A stretch of 64,000 bases of DNA from positions 16,201 to 80,200 of the forward strand of contig JAYPUF010000001.1 of NCBI GenBank assembly GCA_038133925.1, in the 5' to 3' direction. The position numbers and the translations under genes were made by a program. A model generated the notes under the pieces. The model did not search any database. It was not told the origin of the DNA and worked only from the letters and a program-made list of their open reading frames with translations. Positions 19,685 through 28,578 of the stretch are shown here, piece by piece. Every line of letters starts with the position of its first letter. The stretch's first letter is position 1. Source of the stretch: Marivivens sp. (GTDB lineage Bacteria; Pseudomonadota; Alphaproteobacteria; Rhodobacterales; Rhodobacteraceae).

Positions 19685-20293
19685 GAAAGCAATCCAGACA
19701 GCAATTCCTGCGAGCGTGAACGAGAACAAAAGCCTGACAGATGTTTTGCTGCGCCACTCGTCAAAGATATCCCCGATCGCGCTTCCTAAGATCACGAGCA
19801 AAGTGTGGACGATTGCAGCGATCAAGAGGTGGATGCTGCCCAAGATTAGGATTTGGATCCATATTGGGCCTAGGTCAGGCGCGGTGAATTGACCGACCAC
19901 AACCATATAAAAGACCAGAGCCTTTGGATTGAGGAGGTTGGAGACAAAGCCGCGCCGAAACGATGTGCTGTGGTCGAGAGATACTGGCGCGTTTTCGGCA
20001 GTTTCGACCCAAGCGCGCCAAGCGAGATAGAGCATAAAGCCAACACCCGCCCAACGTAGACCTTGAAAGAGCATCTCGGAGCCTGCCGCGAGTGCAGACA
20101 GGCCAGTTGCGGCGGCGAAAACTTGGGCAGCAAGTCCTAGGGTGATGCCAACCACTGCGATCAAGCCTGTCTTTCGACCTTGCTGGGCTGAGAGTGCGGC
20201 GAGCCATCCCATATTTGGGCCCGGAGTGAGTTCGATCATGACCATAGCGATCAAGAAGGACGCCCAATTAATATGGCCGATGAAATCTAGCAT
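19673..20293 (-). CDS. LysE/RhtB-family translocator
   Basis: TPGPNM and FRRGFVSNLLNPKA motifs; multiple TM segments. Confidence 0.9.
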   Translation of the reverse strand: MLDFIGHINWASFLIAMVMIELTPGPNMGWLAALSAQQGRKTGLIAVVGITLGLAAQVFAAATGLSALAAGSEMLFQGLRWAGVGFMLYLAWRAWVETAENAPVSLDHSTSFRRGFVSNLLNPKALVFYMVVVGQFTAPDLGPIWIQILILGSIHLLIAAIVHTLLVILGSAIGDIFDEWRSKTSVRLLFSFTLAGIAVWIAFSTR

Positions 20294-20355
20294 GCCCCGA
20301 TCCCCATTTCATTTAGGTTAGGCGCAACGCAAGGGAGAGGCCATAGCATTCGAGC

Positions 20356-20388
20356 AAAAGAAAAGGCCGCGTACGAGACGCGGCCTTT
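20356..20388 (-). terminator. rplI operon terminator
   Basis: AAAGGCCGCGT-acgag-ACGCGGCCTTT with a U-run on the minus strand. Confidence 0.85.
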
Positions 20389-20410
20389 CGTAGTCATTAG
20401 CTCGAAGCGA

Positions 20411-20998
20411 TTACTCAGCCGAGTCTTCGTCTTCGTCAGAAGCAGCGCCACCGATGTCGTCGAACAGGTTCGACATTTCGAAATCAGCAGCAGCTTCTTC
20501 TTCAGCTGCGAGTTCCTGAATCGACTTGCCCGAAGCCTGAATTTCAGCTTCTTCGGTCGAACGAGCAACGTTGATGGTGATCTGAGCAGTAACTTCCGGG
20601 TGAAGCACAACGTTAACGGTGTGCAGGCCGAGGTCCTTGATACCTGCGAGCAGAACAACCTGCTTGCGGTCAACCGAGAAACCTTTTGCGGTCGCAACTT
20701 CGGCGATGTCACGCGGGGTGACCGAACCGTAGAGCGAACCACCGTCGGAAGCGGAACGAATCACAACAAACTGCTGGCCGTTCAGGCGATCAGCAAGTGC
20801 TTCTGCTTCTTTTTTGGTTTCGAGGTTGCGTGCTTCGAGCTGAGCTTTGTCTGCGTCGAAACGAGCTTTGTTAGCTTCGTTCGCGCGGAGAGCTTTGCCC
20901 TGCGGCAGGAGGAAGTTGCGTGCGTAGCCGTCCTTAACAGAAACGACATCGCCCATCTGGCCAAGCTTGGCCACGCGTTCAAGAAGGATAACGTCCAT
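20411..20998 (-). CDS. rplI: 50S ribosomal protein L9
   Basis: [13 protein letters not shown]...[12 protein letters not shown] and LYGSV; acidic tail. Confidence 0.98.
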   Translation of the reverse strand: MDVILLERVAKLGQMGDVVSVKDGYARNFLLPQGKALRANEANKARFDADKAQLEARNLETKKEAEALADRLNGQQFVVIRSASDGGSLYGSVTPRDIAEVATAKGFSVDRKQVVLLAGIKDLGLHTVNVVLHPEVTAQITINVARSTEEAEIQASGKSIQELAAEEEAAADFEMSNLFDDIGGAASDEDEDSAE

Positions 20999-21012
20999 TG
21001 GAGTAGCTCCTC

Positions 21013-21240
21013 TTACTTAACTGCGTAGGGCAGGAGGGCCAAGAAACGTGCGCGCTTGATTGCTTGAGCGAGCTTACGCTGGTTCTTGGCGCCAACGGCG
21101 GTGATACGGGCGGGAACGATTTTACCGCGCTCAGAGATGTAGCGCTGGAGAAGACGGGTGTCTTTGTAATCGATCACGGGTGCGCCTTCGCCCTCGAACG
21201 GGTCCGACTTGCGACGGCGGAAAAATGGTTTAGCTGCCAT
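21013..21240 (-). CDS. rpsR: 30S ribosomal protein S18
   Basis: IDYKD, SERGKI and AIKRAR motifs. Confidence 0.98.
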   Translation of the reverse strand: MAAKPFFRRRKSDPFEGEGAPVIDYKDTRLLQRYISERGKIVPARITAVGAKNQRKLAQAIKRARFLALLPYAVK

Positions 21241-21265
21241 GACTTAGTGTCCTTTCGTGATCAAC

Positions 21266-21619
21266 TTAGCGGCGTTCGCGGCGCGGTTCGCGCTCGTCAC
21301 GCTTCTGCATCTGAACCGAAGGGCCATCTTCGTGACCTTCGACCTTGATGGTCAGAACGCGCATTACGTCGTCGTGAAGGCCCATCAGACGCTCCATTTC
21401 CTGAACAGCAGCCGACGGTGCGTCGGTGCGCAGGAAGGCGTAGTGGCCCTTGCGGTTCTTGTTGATCTTGTAGGCCATCGTTTTGACACCCCAGTACTCG
21501 GTGCCAACTACCTTGCCGCCGTTGTCAGAGATAACGGTCGAGAAGTGTTCGATAAGACCTTCAGCCTGCGTGTTGGACAAGTCCTGACGCGAGATAAAGA
21601 CATGCTCGTAAAGCGGCAT
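21266..21619 (-). CDS. rpsF: 30S ribosomal protein S6
   Basis: MPLYEHVFISRQDLS, WG...AYKI and KGHY; AGGAG SD upstream. Confidence 0.97.
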   Translation of the reverse strand: MPLYEHVFISRQDLSNTQAEGLIEHFSTVISDNGGKVVGTEYWGVKTMAYKINKNRKGHYAFLRTDAPSAAVQEMERLMGLHDDVMRVLTIKVEGHEDGPSVQMQKRDEREPRRERR

Positions 21620-21891
21620 GTTCGCTCCTGTCATTTGCGGCGCATTTCAAAAGGAGGGGGAATGAGATCTTCCGCACCCCACCTACGAGAGACTGCGCAG
21701 TTCATATAAATACGCGGAAGATGCGGCCTTATACATGCGGCGGCACTGAACACAAGCGTAAAGTAAGGGGAAATTCACAAACCCGAAGGTCTGAACAATA
21801 CCTTTGGAATGCCTTGGGTCTGTCCGAGGTGCGCCGCTTTTGTGCCCCATTTGGGAGGTCATCTGAGATCAGCCAAACAAGGAGCGATCCA

Positions 21892-22524
21892 ATGAGCCTA
21901 ATGCCTGCAACCGAAGAATTCCGCAACGGATTTGATACGCCTGCAATTGATATGTCACACGCAAGCATGGCGCTTGATGAAACCTATTGGGGTTACATCA
22001 TCCGTGACATGCGCCGCGGTGATGCGATGCTTCTTGCGATGCAAATGGCAGCCGGCGCAATGGCCGCTGCTTTCGCGGTAGCGACTGCTGGTCTTTGGGC
22101 AATGCCTTCAATGGCTTTTACCGGCGCCGCACTGGTGTCCAAAGCGATCCTTTCGGCCTTTTTCCTTGGAATGGCTGGCGTTTTGGCTTGGTACGCAACC
22201 CGCGGCTCACGCTCTGAACTTCAAGTAGACCTGCGCTTGGGCGAAGTTCGTGAAGTTGTTCGCAATCGCGCCGGTCGCGCAACCCTTGTCGGTCGCTATG
22301 GCTTTGACGCGATTGGTGGTGCGTTCCTTGATGGCTCTAAAGCGGGCAAAGGAAATGCGGCTCTCAAGATCCGTTACCGTAACACCACCCAAAGCATCGA
22401 AGTTGCACGTGGTCCGCTCGCCCGTATCGAGGCACTGCGCGATCGTCTTGGCCGTGATTTGCTTTCCGACCCAATCAACAAGCGCAAGCGCGAGCCGCTT
22501 CCGGAACCGAAATTCGCGTTCTGA
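21892..22524 (+). CDS. Hypothetical membrane protein (about 2 TM segments)
   Basis: AAGGAG RBS before ATG 21892; central hydrophobic segments; followed by a terminator. Confidence 0.75.
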   Translation: MSLMPATEEFRNGFDTPAIDMSHASMALDETYWGYIIRDMRRGDAMLLAMQMAAGAMAAAFAVATAGLWAMPSMAFTGAALVSKAILSAFFLGMAGVLAWYATRGSRSELQVDLRLGEVREVVRNRAGRATLVGRYGFDAIGGAFLDGSKAGKGNAALKIRYRNTTQSIEVARGPLARIEALRDRLGRDLLSDPINKRKREPLPEPKFAF

Positions 22525-22548
22525 TCTGATTTCCCGCATTGTTTGGTG

Positions 22549-22576
22549 AAAGGGTGGCCATTGAGCCGCCCTTTTT
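22549..22576 (+). terminator. Intrinsic terminator
   Basis: AAAGGGTGGC-cattga-GCCGCCCTTTTT. Confidence 0.75.
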
Positions 22577-22656
22577 GTTGTTTGATGCTCGCTTTTCTTG
22601 TGAAGATGCTCTGCACGCGATAGAGGATTGGAAAACCAATACTAAGGAAGGGACAC

Positions 22657-23592
22657 ATGCGGGCATTCGTATTTCCGGGGCAGGGCGCTCAGACCATTGG
22701 TATGGGCAAGGCGCTCGCCGATGCTTACCCGAGCGCAAAAGCAATTTTCGACGAAGTCGATGATGCGTTGGGCGAAAAGCTCTCTGCGCTGATTTGGGAG
22801 GGCGAGATCGAAACTCTGACGCTGACCCAGAACGCACAGCCGGCGCTTATGGCGACCTCGCTTGCAGCGATGCGCGCGCTTGAAGCAGAGGGTATCGAGG
22901 TAACCGCCGCTGATTTTGTAGCGGGTCACTCGCTTGGGGAATACTCGGCTCTGGCCGCTGCCGGTGCGATCAGCGTCTCTGATACGGCGCGTCTCCTTCG
23001 TATTCGCGGTCTTGCCATGCAAGAGGCCGTGCCTGTGGGCGTCGGGGCGATGGCTGCTTTGCTCGGGCTTGATTTCGAAGGGGCTCGCGCTGTGGCAGAA
23101 GAAGCCGCTCAGGGTCAGGTCTGTCAGGCCGCCAACGACAACGATCCGTCGCAGGTCGTCGTGTCCGGTCACAAAGAAGCCGTAGAGCGCGCCTTGGTCA
23201 TCGCCAAAGAAAAGGGCGCAAAGCGCGCGCTTTTGCTTCCGGTTTCCGCTCCGTTCCATTGTGAGCTTATGGCACCTGCTGCCGCGCGTATGGCCGAAGC
23301 TCTGGATGACGTCACCATCAATGAACCCCGAGTGCCCGTAGTGGCAAACGTGCGTGCGTCTGCGGTCAGCGATCCAGAAGTGATCCGTTCGCTTCTCGTT
23401 GAGCAGGTCACAGGTTCGGTCCGTTGGCGCGAGAGTGTCCTTTGGATGGGCGAGCAGGGCGTTACTCAGGCTTGGGAGATCGGCGCAGGCAAAGCTCTGT
23501 CTGGTATGATCAAGCGTATCAACAAAGAAATTGAAACCAACGCTGTCGGCACACCTGATGATGTTGCTGCTGCCAAAGCTGCTTTGGTTTGA
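22657..23592 (+). CDS. fabD: Malonyl-CoA:ACP transacylase
   Basis: FPGQGAQ, GHSLGEY and VSAPFH motifs. Confidence 0.97.
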   Translation: MRAFVFPGQGAQTIGMGKALADAYPSAKAIFDEVDDALGEKLSALIWEGEIETLTLTQNAQPALMATSLAAMRALEAEGIEVTAADFVAGHSLGEYSALAAAGAISVSDTARLLRIRGLAMQEAVPVGVGAMAALLGLDFEGARAVAEEAAQGQVCQAANDNDPSQVVVSGHKEAVERALVIAKEKGAKRALLLPVSAPFHCELMAPAAARMAEALDDVTINEPRVPVVANVRASAVSDPEVIRSLLVEQVTGSVRWRESVLWMGEQGVTQAWEIGAGKALSGMIKRINKEIETNAVGTPDDVAAAKAALV

Positions 23593-23610
23593 CTTAAGGG
23601 GAATAAATAA

Positions 23611-24348
23611 ATGTTTGATCTCACAGGTAAAAACGCACTTGTAACAGGTGCATCGGGCGGCATTGGTGGCGAAATTGCTAAGGCACTTCACGCAGCGGGC
23701 GCGACCGTTGGTCTTTCGGGCACACGTGTTGAGCCGCTTGAGGCTCTGGCCAAGGAGCTTGGTGACCGCGTGCATGTCCTGCCGTGTAACCTGAGCGATG
23801 CTGCTGCGGTTGATGCGCTGCCGAAACAGGCTGCCGAAGCGATGGGGTCCGTTGATATCCTCGTGAACAACGCAGGGATCACCCGAGACAACCTCTTTAT
23901 GCGGATGTCAGATGACGATTGGGAAAGCGTGCTCAACGTAAACCTCACCTCGACAATGCGTCTATGCAAAGGTGTAATCCGCGGCATGATGAAGTCCCGC
24001 TGGGGCCGTATTGTGAACATTTCGTCCATCGTCGGTGCAACCGGTAACCCGGGTCAGGCAAATTATGCTGCGTCCAAAGCTGGTATGATCGGTATGTCCA
24101 AATCCATCGCATACGAAGTCGCGAGCCGCGGGATCACCGTGAATTGTGTCGCTCCAGGCTTCATCGCGACGGCGATGACTGACAAGCTGACGGACGATCA
24201 AAAAGACAAGATCAACGTGCAGATTCCAGCAGCCCGTATGGGTGCGCCCGAGGAAATCGCTGCTGCTGTTCTTTATCTTGCTTCAAACGAAGCTGGCTAT
24301 ACCACCGGCGCGACGATCCACGTCAACGGTGGCATGGCAATGCTGTAA
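23611..24348 (+). CDS. fabG: 3-oxoacyl-ACP reductase
   Basis: TGASGGIG, NNAGITRD, YAASK and VNGGM motifs. Confidence 0.97.
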   Translation: MFDLTGKNALVTGASGGIGGEIAKALHAAGATVGLSGTRVEPLEALAKELGDRVHVLPCNLSDAAAVDALPKQAAEAMGSVDILVNNAGITRDNLFMRMSDDDWESVLNVNLTSTMRLCKGVIRGMMKSRWGRIVNISSIVGATGNPGQANYAASKAGMIGMSKSIAYEVASRGITVNCVAPGFIATAMTDKLTDDQKDKINVQIPAARMGAPEEIAAAVLYLASNEAGYTTGATIHVNGGMAML

Positions 24349-24454
24349 ACGGTTCGGCCTCGCCCCAACGCGGGCGCGGCCATTCGTATTTTTAAGAGTT
24401 TTCTGGTCCACGAATTGAGAATCGCGCTTTTTATTTCAAGGCGAGGGACCCCTG

Positions 24455-25036
24455 ATGGGACGAAAATCAGAATTTACTGACGAGCAGGTCTTTGGTTGGC
24501 TTGCAGAGCATTTGGCTAAAGAGGCGACTGCAACAGTTCAGCAAGTCTCGCTCGGCACGGGCGTCTCGGTCGGATCAATCTATCACCGCTATGGTTCGCT
24601 CGAGAATCTTTTTGCGGAAGCTTGGCTTTGGGCGCTGCGCGCGTACCATGAAAGAACGGTTTGGATGTTTAACCGCGCAGGGCAACGACCCGCTGTGCGT
24701 GTCGCACTTCAAATTGCGGGTTTGGCGACAGATGAGCCACATAAGGCAATGATTTTATTCTGTATTCCGCGCCGTGCGCTGGTGCGTTCCGGGGCGTCAC
24801 AAACGCTTCGGGATGAAATTTCAGCGCTTGAAACGGAATGGGAGGAAGGTCTTCTCGATTTCGCCACTCGCTCATCCTTTTCGCCAGAGCGTCTGCGTTT
24901 GGCTGTTCGTGACGTTCCGCAAGCAGTGATTTGTCGGCATTTTCCGCATACTGCGATTCCAGATGAAACGGGCGCACTCGTCCGTGAAAGCTGTCTTGCG
25001 CTCTTAGGATCACCGTCGCGAGATCAAGAAGACTAA
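24455..25036 (+). CDS. TetR/AcrR-family regulator
   Basis: N-terminal HTH (TVQQVS..TGVSVGSIYHRYGS) and a helical C-terminal domain. Confidence 0.8.
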   Translation: MGRKSEFTDEQVFGWLAEHLAKEATATVQQVSLGTGVSVGSIYHRYGSLENLFAEAWLWALRAYHERTVWMFNRAGQRPAVRVALQIAGLATDEPHKAMILFCIPRRALVRSGASQTLRDEISALETEWEEGLLDFATRSSFSPERLRLAVRDVPQAVICRHFPHTAIPDETGALVRESCLALLGSPSRDQED

Positions 25037-25216
25037 TTTGGCGGCGAGGACAGAGTCGAAAGCGTTTGCGTCAGGTAAATTCTCTGCTATAGCCCATTCA
25101 GATTTGCCGGAGGGCGCTAAGGCGCAGGTCGGTTATCGCCCTATTAAGGGCCCATGAGCCGCCCCTCGGGGCAAGCAAAATACGGGCAAAGGCCCAAGAC
25201 ACTGTGAGGAATTGAC

Positions 25217-25450
25217 ATGAGCGACGTTGCAGACCGCGTTCGTAAGATCGTTGTAGAGCACCTTGGCGTGGAAGAAGACAAAGTCACCGAGAACGCTTCG
25301 TTCATCGACGATCTTGGCGCTGACAGCCTTGACACCGTTGAGCTCGTGATGGCTTTCGAAGAAGAGTTCGGCATCGAGATCCCCGATGACGCAGCCGAAA
25401 CCATCCAGTCGTTCGGCGACGCTGTTAAGTTCATCGAAGGCGCTCAGTAA
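25217..25450 (+). CDS. acpP: Acyl carrier protein
   Basis: [19 protein letters not shown] motif. Confidence 0.98.
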   Translation: MSDVADRVRKIVVEHLGVEEDKVTENASFIDDLGADSLDTVELVMAFEEEFGIEIPDDAAETIQSFGDAVKFIEGAQ

Positions 25451-25476
25451 GCCCTTTATCCGGTGAACCGGTATTC

Positions 25477-25504
25477 AAACGGTCTCCTTCGGGAGGCCGT
25501 TTTT
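25477..25504 (+). terminator. acpP terminator
   Basis: AAACGGTCTCC-TTCG-GGAGGCCGTTTTT (UUCG tetraloop). Confidence 0.85.
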
Positions 25505-25653
25505 GTTTGTGCAGATAAAATTTTGCACCCAAAGAGCGCTATAAGTTGGGGTAAAGCGGTCTTTTGCCACTAGAACGGCGCTTGCGCACTTGCTCCTTGG
25601 TTAGGGGCTGCGCTATCAGTATCCGACATTATTCTAAAAGGTGAGGGCAGAAT

Positions 25654-26913
25654 ATGCGCCGTGTCGTTGTAACCGGATTGGGCCTTGTAACGCCGTTGGC
25701 TGATGGCGTCGAAGAGACCTGGAGCCGTCTTCTCGATGGTCAGTCGGGCGCAGGTCCGATCACGCAGTTCGATGCCAGCGAGTTGGCGACCACCTACGCC
25801 TGCGAAGTAAAGCGCGGCGATGGCACTGACGGCACCTTTAATGCTGACAAGTATCTCGCTCCGAAAGAGCAGCGCAAAATCGACCAGTTCATCATCTTCG
25901 GTCTTGCTGCTGCAATGCAGGCTGTTGAGGATTCCGGCTGGGTTGCGGAAACAGATGACCAAAAGAACCGCACTGGCGTTCTGATTGGTTCGGGCATTGG
26001 CGGCCTTAGCTCTATTGCGGACACTGCGATCCTGATCAAAGAAAAGGGCGCGCGCCGCGTGTCGCCGTTCTTTATTCCTGGCGCGCTGATCAACCTCATC
26101 TCGGGTCAGGTGTCGATCAAATACGGCTTTAAGGGTCCGAACCATTCTGTCGTGACGGCCTGTTCCACCGGTGCTCATGCGATCGGTGATGCGGCTCGCC
26201 TCATTAAATACGGCGCCGCTGACGTCATGGTTGCAGGCGGTGCAGAAGCCGCGATTTGCGAGATCGGCATCGCGGGTTTCAACGCTTGTAAGGCTCTGTC
26301 GACAAAGCGTGCTGACGATCCAAAGGCTGCAAGCCGTCCCTATGACAATGACCGCGATGGTTTCGTTATGGGTGAAGGTTCCGGCATCGTTGTTCTTGAA
26401 GAATATGAGCACGCCGTTGCGCGCGGTGCTAAGATCTACGCCGAAGTTCTTGGTTATGGAATGTCGGGCGATGCTTATCACATCACCGCGCCGTCCGAGG
26501 ACGGTGAGGGCGCAGAGCGCTGCATGCGCGCCGCTCTCAAGGATGCAGGCCTTGAGCCCAAGTATATCGATTATATCAACGCCCACGGCACCTCTACCAT
26601 GGCTGACACCATCGAGCTTGGCTCGGTTGAGCGTATGATGGGCGATGCAGCCTCAAAGGTCACTATGTCCTCGACCAAGTCGATGACGGGTCACCTTTTG
26701 GGCGCAGCCGGCGCGATCGAAGCAATCTTCTCAATCCTTGCGATCCGCGATCAGGTTGCTCCGCCGACGATTAACCTTGAGAACCCAGCGGTTGAAACCA
26801 AAGTGGACCTCGCGCCGAACAAAAAGCGCGAGCGTGAAATCAATATCGCACTGTCCAACTCCTTTGGCTTTGGCGGCACAAACGCTTCGGTGATCTTTGG
26901 GAAAGTGAGCTGA
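25654..26913 (+). CDS. fabF: Beta-ketoacyl-ACP synthase II
   Basis: TACSTG, NAHGTST, GHLLGAAG and NSFGFGG motifs. Confidence 0.97.
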   Translation: MRRVVVTGLGLVTPLADGVEETWSRLLDGQSGAGPITQFDASELATTYACEVKRGDGTDGTFNADKYLAPKEQRKIDQFIIFGLAAAMQAVEDSGWVAETDDQKNRTGVLIGSGIGGLSSIADTAILIKEKGARRVSPFFIPGALINLISGQVSIKYGFKGPNHSVVTACSTGAHAIGDAARLIKYGAADVMVAGGAEAAICEIGIAGFNACKALSTKRADDPKAASRPYDNDRDGFVMGEGSGIVVLEEYEHAVARGAKIYAEVLGYGMSGDAYHITAPSEDGEGAERCMRAALKDAGLEPKYIDYINAHGTSTMADTIELGSVERMMGDAASKVTMSSTKSMTGHLLGAAGAIEAIFSILAIRDQVAPPTINLENPAVETKVDLAPNKKREREINIALSNSFGFGGTNASVIFGKVS

Positions 26914-28067
26914 TGTGGCGACATATTGCTGCTAATGCGCTGACGTTTTTGATTGTTGGCCTCTTCCTGTTGGGAGGGGTCGTACTTTGGGGCGCAAAGC
27001 AATACTCCAACGCAGGTCCGCTTGAGCAGGGCATCTGTCTTCAGGTGCGCTCAGGTTCAAACATGCGTGCTGTCAGCAAGGATTTAGAGGCGCAGGGTGC
27101 CTTGTCCTCTGCTTCGATCTTTCGCATCGGTGCGGATTACTCGGGTAAAGCGCCGAGCCTAAAGGCAGGAAGCTTCCTTATTCCCGAGGGTGCGTCGATG
27201 GAAGAGATTGTCGATATCGTAACGCGCGGCGGTCAGAATACCTGTGGAACCGAGGTGGTTTATCGTGTTGGCGTGACGCGCAATCAGGTGGAAATCCGCG
27301 AACTTGACCCCGCGACCAATCGGTTTGTCGAGGTTGCTAAATACAATCCTGCGGAAGATGCGACACCTGATGACTATGCGCGCGTCAAAGAAGACCCAGA
27401 CACGCAATACAGCGTGGTCGTGGCCGAAGGTGTGACCAGTTGGCAGGTTCTAACGTCGCTCTCGGAAATTGACGGGCTTGAGGCTGATGTGACCGAGGTG
27501 CCATCCGAAGGTGTCCTTGCACCTGATGCCTATGAGTTCACTCCAGGCACAAAAGTTTCTGAGATCATTGGAAAAATGGAAGCCTCACAGCGCCAGATCC
27601 TCTCTGAGGCATGGGCGACACGCGCGGCTGATCTTCCGTTCGATACGCTTGAAGAAGCGCTCATTCTTGCTTCGATCATCGAAAAGGAAACGGGTGTTCC
27701 TGAGGAGCGCGGTCAGGTGGCGAGCGTCTTTATCAATCGTCTGCGTCAGGGCATGCGCCTTCAGACTGACCCGACGGTGATTTATGGCATCACCAAGGGT
27801 GAAGGCGTGCTGGGTCGAGGACTGCGCCAAAGTGAGCTTCGCGCTGAAACACCCTACAATACCTATGTGATCGAAGGTCTTCCGCCGACACCGATTGCCA
27901 ACCCAGGTAAGGCGAGCATCGAAGCTGCACTGAACCCTGAGGAAACCGACTACATCTTCTTTGTAGCGGATGGCACGGGCGGGCACGCCTTTGCGGCGAC
28001 ACTCGCCGAACATAATCAAAACGTTGCGAAGTGGCGCGAAATCGAAAGTCAGCAAAGCAATAACTAA
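26913..28067 (+). CDS. mltG: Endolytic transglycosylase MltG
   Basis: N-terminal TM; LASIIEKETG, LQTDPTVIYG, YNTY and GLPPTPIANPG motifs. Confidence 0.95.
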   Translation: MWRHIAANALTFLIVGLFLLGGVVLWGAKQYSNAGPLEQGICLQVRSGSNMRAVSKDLEAQGALSSASIFRIGADYSGKAPSLKAGSFLIPEGASMEEIVDIVTRGGQNTCGTEVVYRVGVTRNQVEIRELDPATNRFVEVAKYNPAEDATPDDYARVKEDPDTQYSVVVAEGVTSWQVLTSLSEIDGLEADVTEVPSEGVLAPDAYEFTPGTKVSEIIGKMEASQRQILSEAWATRAADLPFDTLEEALILASIIEKETGVPEERGQVASVFINRLRQGMRLQTDPTVIYGITKGEGVLGRGLRQSELRAETPYNTYVIEGLPPTPIANPGKASIEAALNPEETDYIFFVADGTGGHAFAATLAEHNQNVAKWREIESQQSNN

Positions 28068-28069
28068 AC

Positions 28070-28097
28070 AAAGGGCCGGTCGAAAGATCGGCCTTTT
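28070..28097 (+). terminator. mltG terminator insulating the GTA cluster
   Basis: AAAGGGCCGGTC-GAAA-GATCGGCCTTTT. Confidence 0.85.
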
Positions 28098-28168
28098 GCT
28101 TTTCGGTGGGGTGAGAGTTTCTTAACGCGCTGCCGCTAAAAGAGTTTGGCAAGCTAGAGAACGAAAGG

Positions 28169-28205
28169 AAGCGACCAAGGGCATTTGCCCTAAGGGTCGC
28201 TTTTT
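28169..28205 (+). terminator. Terminator-like hairpin in the GTA leader, just before g1
   Basis: AAGCGACC-a-AGGGCA-tt-TGCCCT-aag-GGTCGCTT running into TTTTT. Confidence 0.7.
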
Positions 28206-28230
28206 ACGTTTCAAACGGGCGGGTTTCTAA

Positions 28231-28578
28231 ATGAGGCAAATCCGCATGACACAAGAACGGAGCCATCAGTCCGAGGCAAGCCTTGAGCGCCGCAAGCTCG
28301 AGGAGGTAATAGAGATGTTCGACAGCGTTACCGAGACGCTGGCCGAACTTGTCCACGATATGCAGAGCGGCAAACCCGTGCCGCCCCGTCAGATCAGGGC
28401 GCAAATCGCCGATCTGCAATCCGCATACTTCAGCATCAAAAAGGCCGAGGAGGCTTTCCATGACAAGACAGGCAATGTCCAACGCGAAGGTGATATCGAC
28501 TTTGACGCGATCCGGAGCGAAATCGGGCGCAAACTGGATAAGCTCCGAGCCGCCCGAGATGCAGAAGGGTTTTCTTGA
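28231..28578 (+). CDS. GTA g1, small terminase
   Basis: Helical protein ending IDFDAIRSEIGRKLDKLRAA; first gene of the cluster (alternative start 28246). Confidence 0.8.
   Translation: MRQIRMTQERSHQSEASLERRKLEEVIEMFDSVTETLAELVHDMQSGKPVPPRQIRAQIADLQSAYFSIKKAEEAFHDKTGNVQREGDIDFDAIRSEIGRKLDKLRAARDAEGFS

Noticed and set aside
17058-20340. Genomic island integrated at tRNA-Leu
   Set aside because: No integrase and no repeated tRNA 3' end; tig follows as a core gene.
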